From positions 95,542,001 through 95,606,000 of the forward strand of contig NC_042999.1 of the NCBI RefSeq assembly GCF_006345805.1: DNA of 64,000 bases. The letters run 5' to 3'. Below, piece after piece: positions 1-12,240 of this stretch; positions within the stretch are counted from its first letter, which is position 1; the number at the start of each line of letters is the position of its first letter. The notes below the pieces were generated by a model. The model ran no database searches, was not told the DNA's origin, and worked only from the letters and a program-made list of their open reading frames with translations. Source of the stretch: Octopus sinensis. Lineage: Eukaryota. The position numbers and the translations under genes were made by a program.

Positions 1-432
1 TTTGAGGATTGGAACTGGTTAAGGGGCACTAGATGGGGTCGGATTGGCTCTAAAATTTACAGAGTCATGTAAAAAGAAGCGAGGAAGTGAGTGGACTAGG
101 TTAGAAATCCCTATCTCAAAAGCTGTGGTTACTAGGGAAACAAAACCCACACTTTGACAAGTGCTTGTCCTTTCTCTTTTTCGGATATCGCCCTCACTTC
201 CTCTGTCTCTCTCTCTCTTTCCTCCCTTCCCTCCAATTTCTCTCTATAACGACGTTTGACCTCCCTCCACCTCTTTCACTGTACGTCTGTCTGTATCTAT
301 AGAGAGAAAGCATTGACAGCCGCAAAAGTTTAAATGTTCCTGCTACAGGTCTTTTAGAATGGTGAATTATTATTACCCATTACCAGCACAAAATCATAAC
401 AGATATTATTAATCAGATATATTGTGTTAATA

Positions 433-640
433 TATATATATATATTTGTGTGTGTGTGTGTGTGTATATAAATATATATATATAATGTGTATACATATAT
501 ATATGTGTATATATATAAAGTGTATATATATATGTGTGTAGTCATGTATATATAATGCGTATATATGTACATATTTAATGCGTATGTATATGTATATATA
601 TATATATGTTTATAATAAGTGTAGATCATATATGAGTGAG
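433..640. repeat. (TA)n/(TG)n compound microsatellite
   Basis: Runs of TA and TG dinucleotides; this explains spurious ORF 354..629. Confidence 0.95.
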
Positions 641-879
641 TATATATTTATAAAAAGGAACTTTGAAAACGCCACTATATAAGATAAATTTTTATTTTCT
701 GAGAAATTTTACTTGTTTCGGTTCTTCTTGAAAAAACGAACGTTATCAAAAATATTTTAAAAAGCTAAGTGTAATAAAAAAGTTCATAATTGTTTCTTAC
801 TGGTCTTAACAGAATCCATGTGGTGGTGTTTTGTGGGGAGTAAGCATAATAGCTGCAAATTTAAAGTTAAGTGTAATAA

Positions 880-1805
880 AAAAGTTTATAATTAGTTAAG
901 TTAATTTTTTTGGCTCAAAAAGCAAAAAGCAAGGCCATGTAGGGGGACATGGAGTTATGTACAGGGGTGTTCATGCAAAGAGTTCAGGCCATTTCTGGTC
1001 AAGAGAGACTTTGAACCGAGCGGTCGTCGGCATCTTCACTATCTTGTCCAGCAGCTTATTCCATGGATCCGCAACCTGGACGGAGAAAGTCCCTCTCCTT
1101 CCATTGAGATGAAATCGTCGCAGATAGAGCTTTTTGGAGTGACCCCGCAGCCTACGCTCTGGAGCAGGAGTGAAGAACAGCTCTTTTGAGAGGTTACAGT
1201 TTCCGCTTATGATGTTGTGAGCAAGAATGATATCACCACGGCGCCGTCGTTTTTCTAGAGAATAAAGGTCGAGCGTTTTCAGCCTTTCTTCATAAGACAA
1301 ATGCTTGAGACCAAGAACTATGCGGGTATCCAGCCTCTGGACTCTTTCAAGATGATGTATGTCTTTGAGGAGATAAGGAGAAGAGGCTTGAATCCCGTAC
1401 TCCAATATGGGTCTCACCAGCATGACGTAGAGCAGTAGGAATACGGCGGCTGTGAGCATTCCGAATGATCGTCGAAGCAAAAACAGAACTCTGCATGCTT
1501 TGTTGGCAGCATGGACGCACTGGGCCGAAAAGGAAGAATCCACCAAGATACCCAGGCCCTTTACCTGGTCGGTCCTCTCCAGCAGCAGACGACCTGGCTC
1601 GAAATCAAGTTGAGTTGCAGGAGAAGAGCCAACAGGCAGATGACAGCACTTTGACACGTTCAGACACCGGTCCCATTCGTTAGACCATCTCCAAACTTGG
1701 TGGAGGCATCGATGAAGATCATCTATATCACCGCGAGGAGTGACCAGTTTGACATCATCGGCAAATAGAAGGGTGTGTTGTGTGAGGTCGTTGAGCAAGT
1801 CATTG
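880..1805 (-). mobile_element. CR1-clade LINE, 5'-truncated 3' fragment (RT C-terminus plus 3' UTR)
   Basis: ORF 971..2098 from about residue NDL reads LLFADDVKL (RT catalytic motif), LNVSKC, LGILVD, YVMLVRPILEY, LERVQR, SYEERLKTLDLYSLEKRRRRGD, RGHSKKL, WNKL. These are typical CR1/L2-group RT and C-terminal motifs, uninterrupted to the stop at 971. Confidence 0.9.
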
Positions 1806-1889
1806 TTCTTACAGGTCTCAACAGAATCCACGTGGTTGTTTTTAGCTGTCTTGTGTGTCTGAACGGTCAGTGGCTGAAATGGCAGTAGC

Positions 1890-2095
1890 AGCAATGACTG
1901 TTGGTCGTAGTAGTAGTAACCGTGGTGGTGGTTGGGGTTGCAGCAGCTCATCGGTTGTTGCAGCTTAGCTGTGGCAGTAGCAGCAGTGGAGGACTGTTGA
2001 TCGTAGTAGTAATAGTAGTGACCATGGTGGTTGTAGTAGTAGTAGTAGTAATAGTAGCAGCAGTCGTAGTGATCATGGTGGTAATGGTAGAATTC
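1890..2095. repeat. Imperfect (GTA)/(GTG)/(GCA) trinucleotide repeat tract
   Basis: gtagtagtag, gtggtggt and gcagcag runs; they translate to the Tyr/His-rich leader of ORF 971..2098. Confidence 0.9.
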
Positions 2096-2127
2096 CATTT
2101 TTCTTTTCGGAAGACCAATGTATTGTT

Positions 2128-2905
2128 TTAATGTTCCTGGCCCAGGGTGTTCAAACTTGGTCCGAATTTTCTAATAAAATAAAGTTCTTTATTTTGGTGT
2201 TGAGTGAAGGTTACACTGTCACTGAATTTGTAAAGTAGGCAAGTTGTGAATTTGGGATTTTTATTTGAAGCACATCTATCTACGTGTCCGCTGACTGGTA
2301 TTTTCCTGTATTCAGGATTTCAAATTTGGGATTTATGCACTGCCATCCTTTTTCGTAAGCTGTTTTTTGTATGGCCTATATACTACCTATTGCACCCTGC
2401 GCATGTTAAGATGTAAATTAAGTTTTCTGATGCACAGGTGAAGTTTGTTCTGATGGTAAACTGATGGCTTTGTTCTAATGTGAATTCTGAACCGTCTACC
2501 AAGATAACACAGATTCCGCAGTTGGGCTTTCAACATTTTCTAACTGCTGCTTTTGTGGTTGTTGTTGAGTGCAGTTTAGCTTGGGTTAAAATCTTTTTTA
2601 AGGATTTTGGTTGCCGTTTACTTTTAATGATGGTGTGTGTTTCCAGGATTCGGTTCATCTTTGGGTCTCCCTTGAGTAGGGCTGTGCTTTGTAGTATGGT
2701 GTTGAAGGCCTCATTGTTAAGTGGGTTGTGTGCAGAGCTGTAGGGTAGGGTTTTTAATTTTACTTTCTTTTTTGGTTTTGTTTGTCTCAGGTCTTCTATA
2801 CTTAATTTAAGAGCTCGTTGGATTGCACTGTCTATTAGGGGCTGTGGATAATTTCTATTTATGAGTGTTATTCTGAGTTCCTGGAGATGTGTGTGTCGGG
2901 TGTAA
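2128..2905 (-). mobile_element. Penelope-like element, C-terminal linker plus GIY-YIG endonuclease (pseudogenised)
   Basis: Manual minus-strand translation: ...KSKRQPKSLKKILTQAKL...VRKC*KPNCGIC...FTIRTNFTCASENLIYILTCAGCNR*YIGHTKNSLRKRMAVHKSQI...KELYFIRKFGPSLNTLGQEH*. This has the CxxxxCxxC linker and LIY...YIG motif characteristic of Penelope; several in-frame stops are present. Confidence 0.9.
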
Positions 2906-2909
2906 TATT

Positions 2910-3650
2910 CTTTGCTTAATCTTTATTCACAGTATTTTTGATTTTTATATTTTCATCAATAACTAGATATCTGTGGAACTTATTTTGCAAAATAAGAGAA
3001 GTAGTGAGACTATTGATGCAACAATTCTGAATGTAGAGAATAGTCTTGTCACTTTCATTTACTAAACATGAACATTTCTTTTGGTCAAATGTAATCCCTA
3101 TATCTGTAGAAAAATCCATGATTTTTGGCATTGTAAATATTTCAGGCATAGATCTTTAGACTGAATTCCAAAAAAATCATGAGGAATATTTGTATCTTTT
3201 GCCCTACGACATAGCCAGTGGATTTTTGTGAAAGGAATGACTGGATTTAGGGCCAAAATGTGCAACAGGCTGTTGCCTTGAAATATTTATAGCTTCAGAG
3301 ACAATTTTTCTATTTCCAGCTGCATGTGTGGTGATTGTGAACCAGGACTGTGTGAGCCTTTCAGTAGCAGTAACTAAAGCAGCCAATATGATTACAAGCT
3401 CTAGCAAATTCAGTGACAATGAGAAAGGAGTCTAATGTCCTTCTGTAATAAACCATACTGCCACAAGATTTCTTTGGAGTTTTCTCACTTCAGATAGTAC
3501 AGCTTTATTTACTAAATGCTCTGTGGCATATCCCCACACTCTTTTCTTTCCACTTGCATGCCTGTTAATGACCGAAAGACTCACAATGATCTTGGAGGAA
3601 TTGGTTCAAGCAGCTTGTGTACAGTTTATACTAAATGTTAGAGCTAGCCA
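2910..3650 (-). mobile_element. R4/Dong-like (REL-type) non-LTR retrotransposon RT fragment, decayed
   Basis: Frameshifted motifs YKLYTSCLNQFLQDHCE, LVNKAVLSEVRKLQRNLVAVW, YRRTLDS (cf. DYxKAFDS), IFQGNSL (cf. GIFQGDSLS), LKIYA, FSTDIGITFDQKKC (cf. FSxDIGMxFGxxKC), HRYL. Confidence 0.75.
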
Positions 3651-3779
3651 TGGACCTATAGTTCTCCTGTATATGAATGTGTAGGTATCTATGTGTGTGC
3701 TTGTGTGTGTGTACTTTGCTTTTTTTAGTTGTTCCGTGAGAATCTTCACTTCATGTTAATATTATGTATGTACGAAAGA

Positions 3780-3950
3780 TGGCAAGCTGGCAGACTTGTT
3801 AGCAAGCCATCAAAATGCTTAGCAGTATTTCATCTGTGTTTATGTTCTGAGTTCAAATTCCACTGAGGTCAACTTTGCCTTTCGTCATTTTTTGATGAGC
3901 ACTGGGGTCAATATAATTAACTTACCCCCTGCCACAAAATGCTGACCTTG
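3780..3950 (+). mobile_element. tRNA-derived SINE, family A (central ctttgcctttcatc...gtcgataa...aagtacc domain), internally deleted
   Basis: Head ggcaagctggcaga...gttagc, B-box gagttcaaattcc, then gtcaactttgcctttc...ggggtcaat; matches the copies at 17030, 19110 and 42128. Confidence 0.8.
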
Positions 3951-3954
3951 ATGA

Positions 3955-5002
3955 AAAATACTCCTCCAGTACTGTTCTGACCTCATCTACAGAATTCATG
4001 TTTTTTCTGTCCAAATGACTTTGAAGACTGTGAAATAAAAATGATAATCAGATGGGTCAATGTCCCACGAATATGATAGGTGGGGCATTGTTTCTCATTC
4101 GAACTGCTCTAGCCTTTGGAATGTCATCCTCACTGTATGTGGCCAAGCATTATCCTGATGGAAGAACATCTTTTGTCTTGAAACCAAAGATGGTCGTTTT
4201 TCTTCTAGCACTAACTTAAGTCACTTAAGCTGCTTTCAGTAGATCTCTTACGTTATTATTTGGTTTCGGTTTAAAAGTTCAAAATGGATTAAACCTTTCA
4301 TATCCCACCAAACAGATAACAACACCTAACATGGGTAAAGACCTTCTTTAACCTAGTGTGCCAATGTTTCTCTTTTCCCTACCCACACTCTTGGGTACTT
4401 GACATTTTTGTAGAGAACCCATTTCTCCTCACCAGTCACTAGTCAGTCCAAAAAAGGTTCATTTGTGAGACAGGACAGCACACATTCACTCTCTGTGCAT
4501 GATTAGACTTTTCTGATGGTACGCAAGTGTCACTGAATGGTTGAATGACCAAATCCAAGCTTCTCTGCTAGCTCCTCAACAGTTACGATGGAATTTTGTT
4601 CCACCAGGGTTTGCAGGACATCCTCATCAAGCTCTGCAGATCTTCCAGGACAAGCCTGGTCTTCTAGACTGTAGTTTCCAGCTTGGAATTTCTGGAACCA
4701 CTGTTGACACTGGCTTACACTTATTTTCCGATCCCCAATACTGCATTAATTGAACTTATTGCCTTTATTGAACTTATAAAGCAAAATATGCTGAATATGC
4801 TCCTTTTTCACTTCCATTGTAGCTTTGAAAAAATAACTGTTAAACTCAAACTTCACTCTTCAAAACATGCACCAAGAATAAGGACAAGGTAAAATTACTA
4901 CTTGCTCTTATAGTAAGTTGATGCAGGTAGCTTATCCCGTCCCCCTCTGACTTTTAGTTCACGCAACTGAGAAAACCACATTATTTATGGGATGACTCAG
5001 TA
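3955..5002 (-). mobile_element. Mariner DNA transposon, decayed, 3' end lost
   Basis: ATG at 4819 gives MEVKKEHIQHILLYKFNKG, ...QWFQKFQAGNYSLED...VEELAEKLGFGHSTI, LVTGEEKWVLY, VWWDMKG, FHQDNAWPH, DPSDYH. A 5' TIR-like segment (cacattatttatgggatgactcag+TA) ends at 5000-5002. Confidence 0.88.
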
Positions 5003-5449
5003 TATTATATAGACCACTTTCAGTCTTGCCGCTCTTTCTCTCATCATACTCATTCGTATGTTAGCATAAGTACACACACAAAAACATTGCATTTAGTACA
5101 AAATCTAAGTTCTTTAATCAGTGCAAATCTATCTCAGAATCATTGCTATTTGTGGGAAGTTGATGTGAGTTGTTAATGTATTATTGGAATGCATGTGTTG
5201 TGGGAGGCTTTGAAAAATAGTCCAAATGAGGACTGTATGTAGAAAAATGAAACGAACAGATTTATGTAGACTTGGGATACGGCTGTAGTTTTGCATAGCA
5301 GTTTTACTCAAATAGACGTGGTAAAAGAAATCACACTTAGAGGATGTACCTCTATACTGTCAATAGGATATAATTTATAGATTGTTTTCTTCTGTGATCA
5401 AAGCTGGTGCATCATCTTTTATAGAACAGCAGTACTTCATATCAGACAC

Positions 5450-6180
5450 TGGGCAAAGTTCAAAGAGCCTTTAACTAAGGGCTCCTCCCTCAGAGTGAAA
5501 GGCAGATTGTATGATGCCTGTTTACAAACAGCTATGCTACATGGCTGTGAAACATGGGTTATAACTACAGAGGACTTGCAAAGGCTTGAAAGAAATGAAG
5601 CTAGTATGCTCCACTAGATGGGTAATGTCAGTGTGCACTCACGATCGAGTGTAAATGATGAGGCTTCAGATGTTGTGTGAACAAGAGAAGACCACACTGG
5701 TTTGGTCGTGTGATGCATATGGATGAGGACAGCTGTGTAAAGAAGTGCCAAGCTCTAATTGTGGAGGGAACCTGTAGAAGGTGGAGACCCAACCAGATGT
5801 TGGACAGAGTGTTGAGGAAGGGCATTTTGATGGTGGGCTTCACTGAGGAAATGAGAAGGGACCAGGAGTTGTTATTTGCTATACTTGAGAAAATGTGCCA
5901 AGCTAAGTAAAATCAGTCATACATACAAGCTTGTGTTTGACAGATACTGGTGCCACATAAAATGCACTCATGCCAGTGATGCATATATGCACCCATGCTA
6001 GTGGCATGTAAAAAGTACCCAGCACACTCTGTAAAGTATTTGGCATTAGCAAGTGCATATGGCTATAGAAACCATGCCACAACAGACAAGTAGAGTTTTG
6101 CCAGCTCCTGTCAAACGATCCAATCCATGCCAGCATGGAAAACAGATGTTAAATAATGGTGATTACGATAATGATGATTT
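5450..6180 (+). mobile_element. RTE-clade LINE 3' end with (GAT)n-type tail
   Basis: WAKFKE...LRVKGRLYDAC...MLHGCETW...RLERNEASML, WFGRVMHMDEDSCVKKC, RWRPNQM; followed by the tail gtggcatgtaaaaagtaccc...ccatgccagcatggaaaacagatgttaaat. Confidence 0.88.
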
Positions 6181-9100
6181 TTGACTAGGGAATAAGAGTT
6201 GTCTAGAGGAATGTGTGTATAACAGTGTGCTAACCTAGTGAAGTTGGCATCCTCCAGATTGACAAGAGACATGTCAATATGCATGCATATTTCTGACTTT
6301 GAGTTTAGACCGTCTGAAGCTAAAAGACAGCAATATACCATATAACATTAAGTGGTGCATAGTACATCAACAACTCAAAAAAGTACATACACTGTACAGT
6401 TGATAGAGCACACATCCTTTTTAGATTGAAAACCTGTATCAATCTTCTTGGTTGACATTAAGACCAGTAGTTCTGTGCCTTTGAAGACCTAGGAAGAATA
6501 GTTGTCTGTAAAATCCTTCTTCAGATACTCTCCAGCCTAACTCTTGCTAGTTTGGAAAAACATGTTAAAAAATGTTCACATTTACATTTATATGTCTATA
6601 CCTATGTATGCTCTAACTAGTATTATAAAATCATTTCTTAAGATTTCATACAACTGTCCTTATATTTCCTTGAAAAGTAACATCTTAAAATTTGAGCTGC
6701 AGTATTTTTAATAGGACAGGGTGGCAAGGATAACTAATCTGTCATATATCATATGTTTTATTATGTTTCATGTTAACATTTCTATTTCTTTCGCACATCA
6801 AGAGTAAAAATTTCATCTTTTGTTCTGTCTTGTTTTCTTTCATTGTAAGTTTGAATTTAGGACATTACTTTTTCTATTGTATTGTTGTTGCTGTATTTGT
6901 GTATGTTACACCATCCAAACTATGATAATAATAGCGAGAGAAACAAAAAGGAGGGGGAATGATGCTAATTGGTTGTTTGTTGTCTTTTAAAACCACAACC
7001 AGCCCCAACTTTGAAACCTTCTGGAAATATTCAATTGAAGTTTTTTTCCCCTTCTAATATTGAACAAACAGAAAGTCTGTTATTGGCTAAGCTCAAAATT
7101 AACTTCTTTTGGACATTAATTTGTTCTTTTAGGCCTTATTTTTTAAATCTTCATATTCTATTTCATAAGAAAAATTGACTGCTCCTAACCATTAAATATA
7201 ACACTCTCAAAACCTCCCTCCCGCCCGCCCGCTCTCTCCTGTTTTTCTCCTTCACACACATACATATGTATGAACATACATTCAATTTCTAAGAATAAAA
7301 GACAATGAGTTTTTTTCCCCTTTCTGGAAGAATTTTTTTTGTAGGGAGAGAATTAATAATAATAATAAAAAAAGCATAAGCAAACATTTTCTTCATATGT
7401 TTAGTGAATGTTACAAATGTATGAATGCAGTTTTCCAAATATTGTGAGGCAAATGAGGAAATATTGAAGATTGTTTAGATGTGTAGAACTAAACACAAGA
7501 AAACTATGTATGAAAATTAAAATCTGAGAAATATAAAAATGGTTAAATAGTATGTATATTCAAAGAATTAGCAAAATTTCCTGATTATTGTGTGTATTCA
7601 AAGAACTGACACAATCACTAAATAAGAAAAAAACAAAAACACCAGAAATATAAAAACTTCAGATTACAAAAAGGTTTACTCAATCGTAATTTGTACATTA
7701 ATATACCAACTCAAGCACCAAATTTGAAATTAATGAAGTCCCTCTCAGAAAATATACCACCTGGGGTAGAATCTAGACTAAGGTATGCATTTTTCTGTTT
7801 TATTAATTTAAATATCTCCATTACTATTATTTACCATTCTAAATTACATTTTTATTTCTGTTTAATATATCTCTTGTTTATTTATTTGTTATTTTCTTTG
7901 ATAAAGTTTCTTATAATATAATGAGCATCTTTTCTCTTTTGTCAATTTTGAAAACTATTGCAAGTATAGAACAAAATTAGCTGCTAAATATAAGTTTGCT
8001 CTTACAAAAATGTCGACCAATCATAGTAATGTGCTTTAGTTTCTAAGTATATGGTTGAAAATCCCCATATTAGGAATGATAAACTCTTAAAGTTATAATC
8101 TGCACGTGCTATACCCATGGCTGTTCATATGAGCAAATTTCATTCTGTTCATTTATTTTATAAAATTTAATTCACAAACAAAATGTTTTGTGGTATAGGA
8201 ATTTCCTTAAGGAGTTTAAACTATATTTTATTATAATTAGTTTACCACTATTTCAGTTATCATTTACAATCTAAATATGATTTTTTTCTCTTACTTCTCA
8301 TTATTCTCCAGCAGTTTTTGTCTTTCATATATATCGGTTTTTCTGTTAATACATTTCTCTCCCCATTATTTTTATTTTGTATTTGTTTTTAAAATTCTCT
8401 TTAAATATTTCCCAAATTGCTACGCTTGATCCATAGCTCATTATTTAACACAGCCGTGAGATTTATAAATTGCCTTTAAATGTATGCACTACTCAGTACA
8501 TTTTTCCTCAAAAACATTTCCATACATATTGACATAACTTCCATGAGTTATTTTAATTCTTCAGATACTTCTTGTCACTCCACTCGGCTTATTCAACTAT
8601 ATTTGTGGTATGATAGAAACCATACTACCGATTATTGAGTAGAGAAGTATTTATAGTAGGAGGTTGCTTACAAAGCTCTATCACTTCAAATGTAAGAACT
8701 AATATGCTATGGATGCAGAGGTTTTCAATATATGAAAGCTAGTTAAGTTATGATCATAATGGTTGATGACAGGAGGAGCATCTGGCCATAAAATCTTACC
8801 TCAACAGATACCAAAAAAATAAAATTATAATTTATTAACAGATCATTTACTTTACCATATCAAAAATAATCATACATTCTTATGTCTATAATCATGCATA
8901 TAACATCCACCACTACAGAGTTAACTGCTCTAATACAAGATTAGTGTGTAATTCTGTACATATGTGTATGTGAGTTGAGTTATAGAACCATTTTGTTAGT
9001 TGCAATAATAAGAATTTTCTAAACATATATTTATTTCTTGTTCTAGATATTAAAATACTTATGGATTGGTCTCATTTATCAGTTGTCTCTTGAGAAAAAC

Positions 9101-10502
9101 TTCTTTGAACTTTCTTAGCAAAACTTCAGCTTCAGCATTTACTTATTTATTCTGTTTATTATAGTAATCCAAGTAATACTTGAAATATGTAATCTTTCTT
9201 ATTTCATTGGAGATAATGCATCAGTAATGAGAATTAGCATTATCTTATTTAATTGTTAAGGTACAATTAAGTTATGTCATTCCTCTGTTTAATGTTTTCA
9301 GTTTTTCCACAATTGCTTTATGAAAGGACCATACTCTTTCCATGAGCTACACTTTTGGTTTCCTCCAAAATAAAAAATTAGAATGACGAGTAATGTTAAT
9401 GCAGTTAATAATTCAAATATTCGGCTTGTTGCAAGTTAGTTGATGTTTATGGGAAAGTATGATATATATTACCTTGATTTATGTTTGTTCGGAAATCCCA
9501 GTCTGAACAAGAACAAAATCAAATAATGTAGCCATTTGATAGAGGGTTTTATTAAATATAGGTAATTAATAGTAGTTTCCATTTCTTATATCAATTATAT
9601 TCCTTAACTTATGTTTTGACCTTATGCTGCATGAAAATATATCTGTATTATTATATTGATTATAAAAATGCTATTTAAAAGGTTTATATTTTTATAAGAA
9701 TACATATAAATTCTGAGTTGGGATATCATCTGAAATTGTGTGTTGGAACTAAAATAATTGTAACAAGGTAAAGACATGTTAAACATGAAAAAACATATAT
9801 GAATGCTATATTTCCTTTCATTTTATTATTATTCTGTAATCCTGTTATATAGTATTAAGTGTCAAAATCTTTCAAATGTTTATCAGCTGTATCTTTGTAG
9901 CTGCTGAAGTTAGTTGTGAATCAGTTATTACATCTATAGCATGTTATTGTATGATAGAATACTTTTGGTACTTAATAATATATCAAAATAATAGTGAAAG
10001 TTAATATACAGGGAATGTGTTTTTTAATTGCTATTATGATTATGATACAGTTGTTGAACAAATTAAGTTTCACTATTTACATATTTAATGGCTGTACTAA
10101 ACTTAGATACTTACTTAGATGTGTCTTTTTTAAACAGTTCTTTGAATATGTATTTGTACAAAATCAGTCTACTGTTACTAACATTTTAGATCCACTTTTA
10201 CACACACTCACATAAACACACATGCACACTATTACCATCCCACACAACACTCCCTAATTTACAAAAATGCTACACAAAACCTGCACATAAACACACACAT
10301 GCAGATATACACTCCTCACACACAAGTATAACACACACATTTGCACAAGGGCCATTTTTGCACCATCGTACCTTCAAAAATCACATTCTCTAACTCTCAC
10401 TAACTTTTGGCCAGTTATTTTTGGACATGAAATGACACACATGCTTTCTCTGGATTATCTGCTCTTTTTTCCTTTTCCTCTTCTCTGGATCTTTTCCCCT
10501 AT

Positions 10503-10529
10503 CTGAAAAAGAGCCAAGCTTGAAACATC
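10503..10529 (+). ncRNA. Decayed minimal hammerhead-ribozyme-like motif (Penelope pLTR type)
   Basis: CTGAAAA-A-GAGC-CAA-GCTT-GAAA-CATC versus core CUGAxGA-A-GAGC...GCUC-GAAA-CGUC. The three differences are transitions. Helix I is poorly supported. Confidence 0.35.
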
Positions 10530-10655
10530 ATTTCTACTATTTTTCCATCTAAAACTTTCACTTAGTGTCAATCTAATGTACTGACTGTGTACATTAAATT
10601 AACTATTGTTGTTTGTATCCTGTTTTTTTTTCCATTCTTCGATTTGCCCCCACCC

Positions 10656-10658
<3 letters not shown>

Positions 10659-10712
<54 letters not shown>

Positions 10713-10715
10713 TAT
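10659..10715. repeat. (TA)n microsatellite
   Basis: Long TA run; this explains spurious ORFs 10599-10818. Confidence 0.95.
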
Positions 10716-10924
10716 ACATGCAGGCTTGGCTGTTTGGTCCCAGTGCACAGCAATTAGGGCTAATATCCTCCACTGGATTAGGGACATAAAGTTCTCTGGC
10801 TTGCAGTGTATGTGACAAGATCGAGGTGATGTTTGAAAGAAGTGTTTTGGAATGATAAGAACATTCTTGTTCTTCCAGACATGGAAAAAGAAAAGGGAAT
10901 AGAAGAATTATTATGAGAAGTTGT

Positions 10925-12240
10925 TAAATCATCATCATCATCAACATTTAAAGTCTGTTTTCCATACTGGCATGGGTTGGACAACGTCAGGAATAAGCAA
11001 TGCCTGGTGCCACACCAGATTCCATAGTCTGTTTTGGCTTGGTCCTATCACCAACCACTCAACAAAGTGTACTGGATGCTTTTTACATGTTACCATTACC
11101 AGTACTTTTCAACTGGCACCCCCACTAGAGCTTCTTACATGACACTTTGGTTTTAGGTTCTCAGTTCTATTGTGATGAGCAGGTCTTCTTGAGTACAAGC
11201 AATGTGTTACTTCTCAATCCTCTGTTAACTCCTTCAAAACGTTTTGAGATCTGCCTTCAATACTTCATTCCATGTCTTCCTGAATCTTCCACTTTAAATG
11301 ATTGGCACTTCTTTATGCAACACTCCTTATCCATCCACATCACATGACCAAACCAATGCAGAGTATACCAGCTTCTTACCTCTCCAACCTTCACATGTAG
11401 GGCCCATGTCTCACTACCATGCTGCATCATGGTAGTGAGAAACATTTGGTTGCTAACACAGGAAAAAGCTCTCTGAAATTTCTCTATCCTATTCTTATTC
11501 TGGTAATTACACTTTCTGTACAACTTCCTCCATGGCTAATTAGGTCATCTGGGTAGCAAAAATTATCTACAACTTCCAGAGAGTCTCCAGGACATTTGAA
11601 GCAATCAATTTCTCGTGCATCTGTGATCATTATGGCTCATATATATCTTCCACATAGAAACACTACTTTGTCTGTGAACCTTCCTACTATTCTACTGCGC
11701 TCTTTGTGTGGCCATAACGGCCATTCAACTTGAATACAGTATGGTACATAGGGTGCACAAGTATACAGAAACTGTGAAGGTACTCAATACAGAAAGAGAG
11801 TGTCAGTAGTTCTAAGACCTGGTACAAATCTGAACTGTGTTTCTTCCTAATCAAAAGTGACTAATTTTGTTGCTTTCAAACCTTGACCTGTCAGTTTGTT
11901 ACCTTTATCTTTTCTTTGTGAATCATCTCCTTTATCCATGAAGCAGGTGAGGACCATACTGCTATGCTAGTCATTGGATATGGCATTTCTTTGTATTATC
12001 TGGTTTGCTATGTGTATATTTAGCTTGAGTCCTATTTGGTCAGGTATTTTCAACATCTGAGTGACTATTTCTAATGGACCTACTGCTTTCCCTGTTTTCA
12101 TATTCTAAATAGCTGGCCTTCTCCTCTTTTGGATACTCTTGGTGTAATTCCTCTTCTTTCCATGCATTTTCTACATCCAGCAACTTGTAATATTTCCAAA
12201 TGTCTTTCTTCTCAGTGTTAGTGAGGGAAGTATGCAACTC
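10925..12240 (-). mobile_element. RTE LINE fragment (decayed RT region, C-terminus and tail)
   Basis: (CAT)n tail at 10928, ccatactggcatggg hairpin, ORF 11257..11523 (MQHGSETWAL, LHWFGHVMWMDKECCIKKC), and degenerate RT-region sequence to ~12240. Confidence 0.8.

Noticed and set aside
237-362. Minus-strand GGUC-AAAC-GUC plus a 12-bp inverted repeat (237-248/298-309) as a hammerhead
   Set aside because: No intact CUGANGA box, the G of GAAA is missing, and the inverted repeat does not place helix I correctly. It may be a Penelope UTR remnant but is not supportable.
354-629. Tyr/Ile-rich short ORFs here and at 10599-10818, 27517-28236, 42002-42616 and 60893-61111
   Set aside because: They are translations of (TA)n/(TG)n microsatellites or span the N gap.
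789-1843. 43-bp target-site duplication of the CR1 insertion
   Set aside because: About six differences in 43 bp is inconsistent with the uninterrupted CR1 reading frame, and the left copy is not at the CR1 3' end.
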